DNA from: a virus
Taxonomy: Duplodnaviria; Caudoviricetes
IMG/VR virus record: IMGVR_UViG_3300023297_000063
Location: 1-29,602 of that record
Direction: 5' to 3' (one strand)
Length of the DNA stretch: 29,602 bases
Below are positions 25,398 to 29,602 of the stretch, piece by piece (the stretch's first letter is position 1; each line of letters begins with the position of its first letter). The translations under genes and the position numbers were made by a program. A model generated the notes under the pieces. It did not search any database, was not told where the DNA came from, and saw nothing but the letters and a program-made list of their open reading frames with translations.

Positions 25398-25466
25398 TGT
25401 TTGTAGGGGCTAGTTGTCCTCCTTTCTAGCCCCTAACCAACATAATGAGGCGACCAGAAAGGCCAT

Positions 25467-26108
25467 ATGGCTGTAACGTTGCAAACCGTTCTGGAAGATT
25501 TGAACTATATTCTAGGAGACACCAGTGTCCCTAGTACTGGTATTGATAACCAGGAAAGGTTTATTAACTTAACTAACGAGAAGATTTACGATTACCACGA
25601 CTGGAGATGGGCTACAAACTCTACAAGTTATGTATTCTCTGGCTCGACACAAACCTTGCCAACTGATTTTAATAATCTTGTAGAAGTAAGAGAAGAGATT
25701 ACTGGAGCAGACAACGATAACATTTACGATATCGTGAATGAGACAGACATAGACAGGAGTACGTCAGAATATATAGCTTATGTTTCTGGAAACGAAGAAG
25801 ATGGGTTTACTTTGAGTGTAAACCAGACAGACAATCCAACACTGAAAACTACTCTGAAGATTAAGGCTTCAGATATGTCAGCCACCACAGATGAGACAAA
25901 ATGTCCACGTTCTATGCCTATCGCCAGAGGAGCTGTTGTTCTGATGCAAGAAGCAGAAGACCCATACAGAGACACTACTCAGGCTTTAAGGAAATACCAA
26001 GACGAACTAGACGACTTGATTAGACTAGATGTTCGTACTAAACCAAGTAACAAGTTCTTTACCAAGAGTATGCGAAGAGGAGGAAGGGCTATTGGAGAAC
26101 CTCGATGA
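25467..26108 (+). CDS. Head-tail adaptor / tail tubular protein A-like
   Basis: FIN.....I....DW.W, TLPTDF motifs; precedes the nozzle gene. Confidence 0.72.
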   Translation: MAVTLQTVLEDLNYILGDTSVPSTGIDNQERFINLTNEKIYDYHDWRWATNSTSYVFSGSTQTLPTDFNNLVEVREEITGADNDNIYDIVNETDIDRSTSEYIAYVSGNEEDGFTLSVNQTDNPTLKTTLKIKASDMSATTDETKCPRSMPIARGAVVLMQEAEDPYRDTTQALRKYQDELDDLIRLDVRTKPSNKFFTKSMRRGGRAIGEPR

Positions 26109-27691
26109 GTAACATAAAGATGAGAAAATCTGCTATCGGAGGCTCTAATCCACCAGAGTGGGTACTGAACAAGTTCAGACGTGGTTTGAATACTCTGGTT
26201 TCTGACACTAGAGTAAATGTCGAAGAAACACCAAGAGCATTGAATGTAAACTATACAGAAGATGGACTTCCGACTAAACGTGGTGGGACTGCTTTACATA
26301 GAACGGAGATTGGAAGTCGCATACGAGGACTAGCTTCTTATTATAAAGATGACGGCACAGACTATATGATAGCTGCTGCTAATGGGACACTATATTACGA
26401 TAATGGCAGTGCGTGGGCACACATAACTTGTGCGTCTGGTGCAACCGTCTCACCCAATATCGACTACAACTTCGTACAGGCGAGGGATTATTTATACGCC
26501 CATGACGGACAGGGATTGAAGAGGATGGAAGGAACTACAATGACAGCTCAGACCAACGGCGTATCTGGTGATTTCGGAATCTACTGGAAAGGCAGACACG
26601 TTGTAGCTGGGAACGAGTCTTATCCATCACGAGTGTTTATATCTAGGAACAATGATGCAGGGCATTTTATAACCACAGGAACAGACACTTCTGCTGAGTG
26701 GTTTGATGTACAACCGTCTGATGGAGACAAAGTTAAAAGCGTGGCTACATTCTACGATAACTTAGTAATATTCAAAGAACGGTCTATCCACAAAGCAGTG
26801 CCTTCAAACTCTACTGGTGATTTCGTATCAAGCGTGCAGTTAATCAACAACGACATAGGTTGCGTTGCTCACAGGACTGTAGATACTGTAGACAACGATG
26901 TGTTCTTCTTGTCAAGGAAAGGTGTGTACGTTCTAGGAAACGAGCCTAACTTCTTTGATACGATTAGAACTAATGAAGTATCAGCTAGAGTTCACCCAGA
27001 GATAGAGGGAATAACCCCAGCCAACTTCGGACTAACATCTGCGATGTACCACAATTATAAATACTATATGGCATACCCATTCGGTGGGACTACATACAAC
27101 AACAGGGTTTTAGTATATGACACACGATATGGAGCTTGGTCACTACACACAGGATATAACCCTAACTGCTTTAACACCTTTATAGACTCTACTGGAACAG
27201 AAGCTCTTTACTGCGGAGACGATAACGCTGGTAAAGTCTTAAAGATGGAAAGCGGGACTGCTGACTCTGGTAGTTCGATTAACTCAAACTTTTACTCACC
27301 AAACATAGACTTAGAGGCACCTGACATTAAAAAGTTCTTTATGGATGCGACAATCCAGACAAGAAACACACAAGCCTCTTTAGATGTCGATGTCTATATA
27401 GACGGTGAAGTATATAAGTCTGCTACCTTCAATATCGGTACTACAGGAAGTTCGAGTGGTTTAGGCACAAAAGTGTTAGCAGAGGACTACCTAGCTTTGT
27501 CTGGTGGTTCTACCATAACTACAGAAGTGACTTCAAACATATTAAAGAGATTTAGACTTAAACATAGAGGAAAGAATATACAAATTAAAGTATCAAACGA
27601 CTCAACAACAGACTCGTGGACACTGATGAGCTTACGAGGGTCATACAGACCTTTGTCCCACTTCGTTTTTGACTCGGACGACAAAATATAA
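26105..27691 (+). CDS. Tail nozzle / stabilization protein (P22 gp10-like beta-propeller)
   Basis: F..GLN, NV......L.KRGG, LVIFKERSI, IGCVA, FFLS.KGVY, VLVYD. Confidence 0.8.
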   Translation: MSNIKMRKSAIGGSNPPEWVLNKFRRGLNTLVSDTRVNVEETPRALNVNYTEDGLPTKRGGTALHRTEIGSRIRGLASYYKDDGTDYMIAAANGTLYYDNGSAWAHITCASGATVSPNIDYNFVQARDYLYAHDGQGLKRMEGTTMTAQTNGVSGDFGIYWKGRHVVAGNESYPSRVFISRNNDAGHFITTGTDTSAEWFDVQPSDGDKVKSVATFYDNLVIFKERSIHKAVPSNSTGDFVSSVQLINNDIGCVAHRTVDTVDNDVFFLSRKGVYVLGNEPNFFDTIRTNEVSARVHPEIEGITPANFGLTSAMYHNYKYYMAYPFGGTTYNNRVLVYDTRYGAWSLHTGYNPNCFNTFIDSTGTEALYCGDDNAGKVLKMESGTADSGSSINSNFYSPNIDLEAPDIKKFFMDATIQTRNTQASLDVDVYIDGEVYKSATFNIGTTGSSSGLGTKVLAEDYLALSGGSTITTEVTSNILKRFRLKHRGKNIQIKVSNDSTTDSWTLMSLRGSYRPLSHFVFDSDDKI

Positions 27692-27703
27692 GAAAGGAAT
27701 TAT

Positions 27704-28660
27704 ATGGCTTTTTCAACAGATGACGCAACGCTTAAAACAATCGACCAACAGGACTTTTATGAAACTACACTTAAAACTGCTGTCACAGATGCAACAGATA
27801 CTAATATATATCTGACAGCACTACCTACGCCGACTGAAGGCTTTTTGACAATAGAACCGACCTCAACCTCAAAGCGAGAGGTAATCTTCTATACTTCGTT
27901 GGGTGCTGATTATGTGACCTGTCCTTCTGCCGCTGGTGGAAGAGGAGTTTCTGGAACAGCACAGGGACACGCTGTAAGTTCTGTAGTAAGATTGAGTGAC
28001 GCAAAACAGTATTGGACACTTTTAAGAGACAGACTCTTAGACGTTCAGACAGGATGGATAAACGCAGACGAGACTTGGACTTGTGGAGCAGATGATGTAA
28101 TCACAGTTCCGACCAACGCTACAGTTAAATACTCAGTAGGAGATAAGATTTTCTTACAAGATGATGGCGGAGATTTATACGGAAACGTAACAGCGGTCGC
28201 AGCCACATCACTAACGCTAGCTTCAAACGATGACTATACGCTAGCTAGCGGCTCAACAATTACAGAACCTAAATACTCAAAGGCTGTTTCACCAGTAGGA
28301 TTCCCTACTTGGTTTGATTATACACCGACACTAGCTGGTAATGTGTCAATGTCATATACCACAACTACTGTTGATTTGGCTATGTTTATGGTAGTTGGTA
28401 CAGCGGTAACTCTAATAATTCATCATCACGGAACAGTAGGTGGGACACCCAACACTAGTCTTACTGCAACTTTACCAGTAGCTTGTGCTGATGCTTTGAC
28501 TTATACTGCTTGTAATATATTAGACAATGGAGTTACTGCTCTTGGTTTCGCTATAACAAATGATACTGGAGATACCTTAGATGGCAGAGTAGCAGGAGGT
28601 GGAGTGTGGACAGCTGGAACCGCCTATGTAAGAGCACAAATAACTTATAAGATAGTATAA
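27704..28660 (+). CDS. Putative tail fibre protein
   Basis: Thr/Gly-rich, beta-rich; RGVSGTA..H, W..YTPTL, LPVA motifs; position after the nozzle. Confidence 0.65.
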   Translation: MAFSTDDATLKTIDQQDFYETTLKTAVTDATDTNIYLTALPTPTEGFLTIEPTSTSKREVIFYTSLGADYVTCPSAAGGRGVSGTAQGHAVSSVVRLSDAKQYWTLLRDRLLDVQTGWINADETWTCGADDVITVPTNATVKYSVGDKIFLQDDGGDLYGNVTAVAATSLTLASNDDYTLASGSTITEPKYSKAVSPVGFPTWFDYTPTLAGNVSMSYTTTTVDLAMFMVVGTAVTLIIHHHGTVGGTPNTSLTATLPVACADALTYTACNILDNGVTALGFAITNDTGDTLDGRVAGGGVWTAGTAYVRAQITYKIV

Positions 28661-28717
28661 AAATTCGTAAGAATTTTACATATAAATAATAACAAAGAAG
28701 CGACAGAAAGGAATATA

Positions 28718-29602
28718 ATGGCAGGTAGCATATGGCAAAAGGCAATAAACGTATTAAATCCTTTTGATGACATAACTGCGACACAATGGATAAAACAATC
28801 ACAGGCAGCCCCAGGAGGATTATTAAATCCTGGTACTAGTACTCCAACAAAACCTGGAGATAACACTTATGGGCAGTACACAGTAGATAGACCTGGCTAT
28901 CAACAGAGTTATGACTTTACTCCAGCTGGTTCTAGCGGAGGAACCCCGTCTACGGGCGGTAGCCCACAAGCGGCTGTTGGAGGAGGATTAAGCACCGACC
29001 AACTCAACACTCTATACGGAGGTAGCGGGGGAAGTGGAAGTGCCGCAGCAAGTGCAAAGGCACAAAGAGATGCTGAGAATTTGGCTTTTTCAAGAGGTCA
29101 GTATGAGAAGAGATATGGTGCACAACAGGCATTTAGAGGAGAATCAAAACAGTTCGCCACAGACCAGTTCAACACCGCAAGACAGAGAGGTCAGGAACAG
29201 CGTGGAGTACTCGGAGCTGATTACGCAGAGCAACGAGGATACATGCAACAAGACCTAGGAACTGCACAACAGGGTCTAACAGGTGCTTATGGTTCAAGAG
29301 GATTAGGGGATTCATCTTTCGCACTAAAAGCACAAGCTAATGCACAGCAGTCATTCGACAGAAACTTGTCGTTCATGAATAAAGAAGAGGCTGCACAGTA
29401 CAAAGAGATAGACCAATATCTGGCTGACCTAGACAAGCAGAGAGATTTCCAGCTCAAAGAACTAACCTATGAAGACTTTGAGAGTACAGAAGACTGCAAC
29501 GAAGCTATGAAGGGCTTTGAAGTAGAGAAAGCGAACATCCAAGCACAGAGAGAACAAATACAATCTGCTGCCTCACAGGCTGCGTCTAGCATCGGTGGGA
29601 TG
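28718..29602 (+). CDS. Truncated virion protein, probable internal/ejection protein; absent from the ORF track
   Basis: AAGGA SD; MAGSIWQKAIN... open to the window end; Gly/Ser linker, then Gln/Ala helical region with SRGLGDS. Confidence 0.7.
   Translation, partial: MAGSIWQKAINVLNPFDDITATQWIKQSQAAPGGLLNPGTSTPTKPGDNTYGQYTVDRPGYQQSYDFTPAGSSGGTPSTGGSPQAAVGGGLSTDQLNTLYGGSGGSGSAAASAKAQRDAENLAFSRGQYEKRYGAQQAFRGESKQFATDQFNTARQRGQEQRGVLGADYAEQRGYMQQDLGTAQQGLTGAYGSRGLGDSSFALKAQANAQQSFDRNLSFMNKEEAAQYKEIDQYLADLDKQRDFQLKELTYEDFESTEDCNEAMKGFEVEKANIQAQREQIQSAASQAASSIGGM

Larger units (their letters stand above)
613..28677. repeat. Dispersed family of ten 18-nt hairpins (7-bp stem, GNRA loop)
   Basis: Copies at 613, 2200, 2681, 2825, 3161, 4384 (GNRA on minus) and 8177, 8643, 8876, 28660 (GNRA on plus). 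Confidence 0.85.

Noticed and set aside
260-29258. ORFs antisense or out of frame to the main genes (e.g. 2910..3194, 7205..7597, 8757..9107, 16424..16780, 29034..29258)
   Set aside because: They shadow better-supported genes or RNA structures and lack SDs and motifs
1-29602. Stop-codon recoding, diversity-generating retroelement, integrase or att site
   Set aside because: Core genes are intact in code 11 and use all three stops; no reverse transcriptase, template/variable repeat pair or recombinase seen

Overview
This window is about 30 kb of a tailed dsDNA bacteriophage genome, standard genetic code, with Shine-Dalgarno (SD) sites and sigma70-type promoters. It has two divergent arms that meet at about 8.5 kb. 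The left arm (minus strand) holds many small, often Cys-rich ORFs, an HNH-type nuclease, an SSB-like protein, a Cas4-like PD-(D/E)XK nuclease, an unannotated ribbon-helix-helix regulator, a replication initiator with internal repeats, a membrane-anchored collagen-like protein and a lysozyme-like protein. The right arm (plus strand) is a podovirus-type morphogenesis module: TerS, TerL, portal, scaffold, major capsid, adaptor, nozzle, tail fibre and a truncated probable ejection protein. Four things stand out. (1) An ~8.2 kb glycosylation cluster sits between the capsid and tail genes, led by a GT2-TPR-GT4 fusion split by a LAGLIDADG intein; it is a candidate virion protein glycosylation system. 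(2) Ten covarying 7-bp/GNRA hairpins lie mostly just upstream of start codons. (3) Two tandem structured ncRNA candidates are present, one of them tRNA-like. (4) A switch-like RNA leader precedes the replication gene. All calls come from reading motifs by eye; no searches or folding programs were run.
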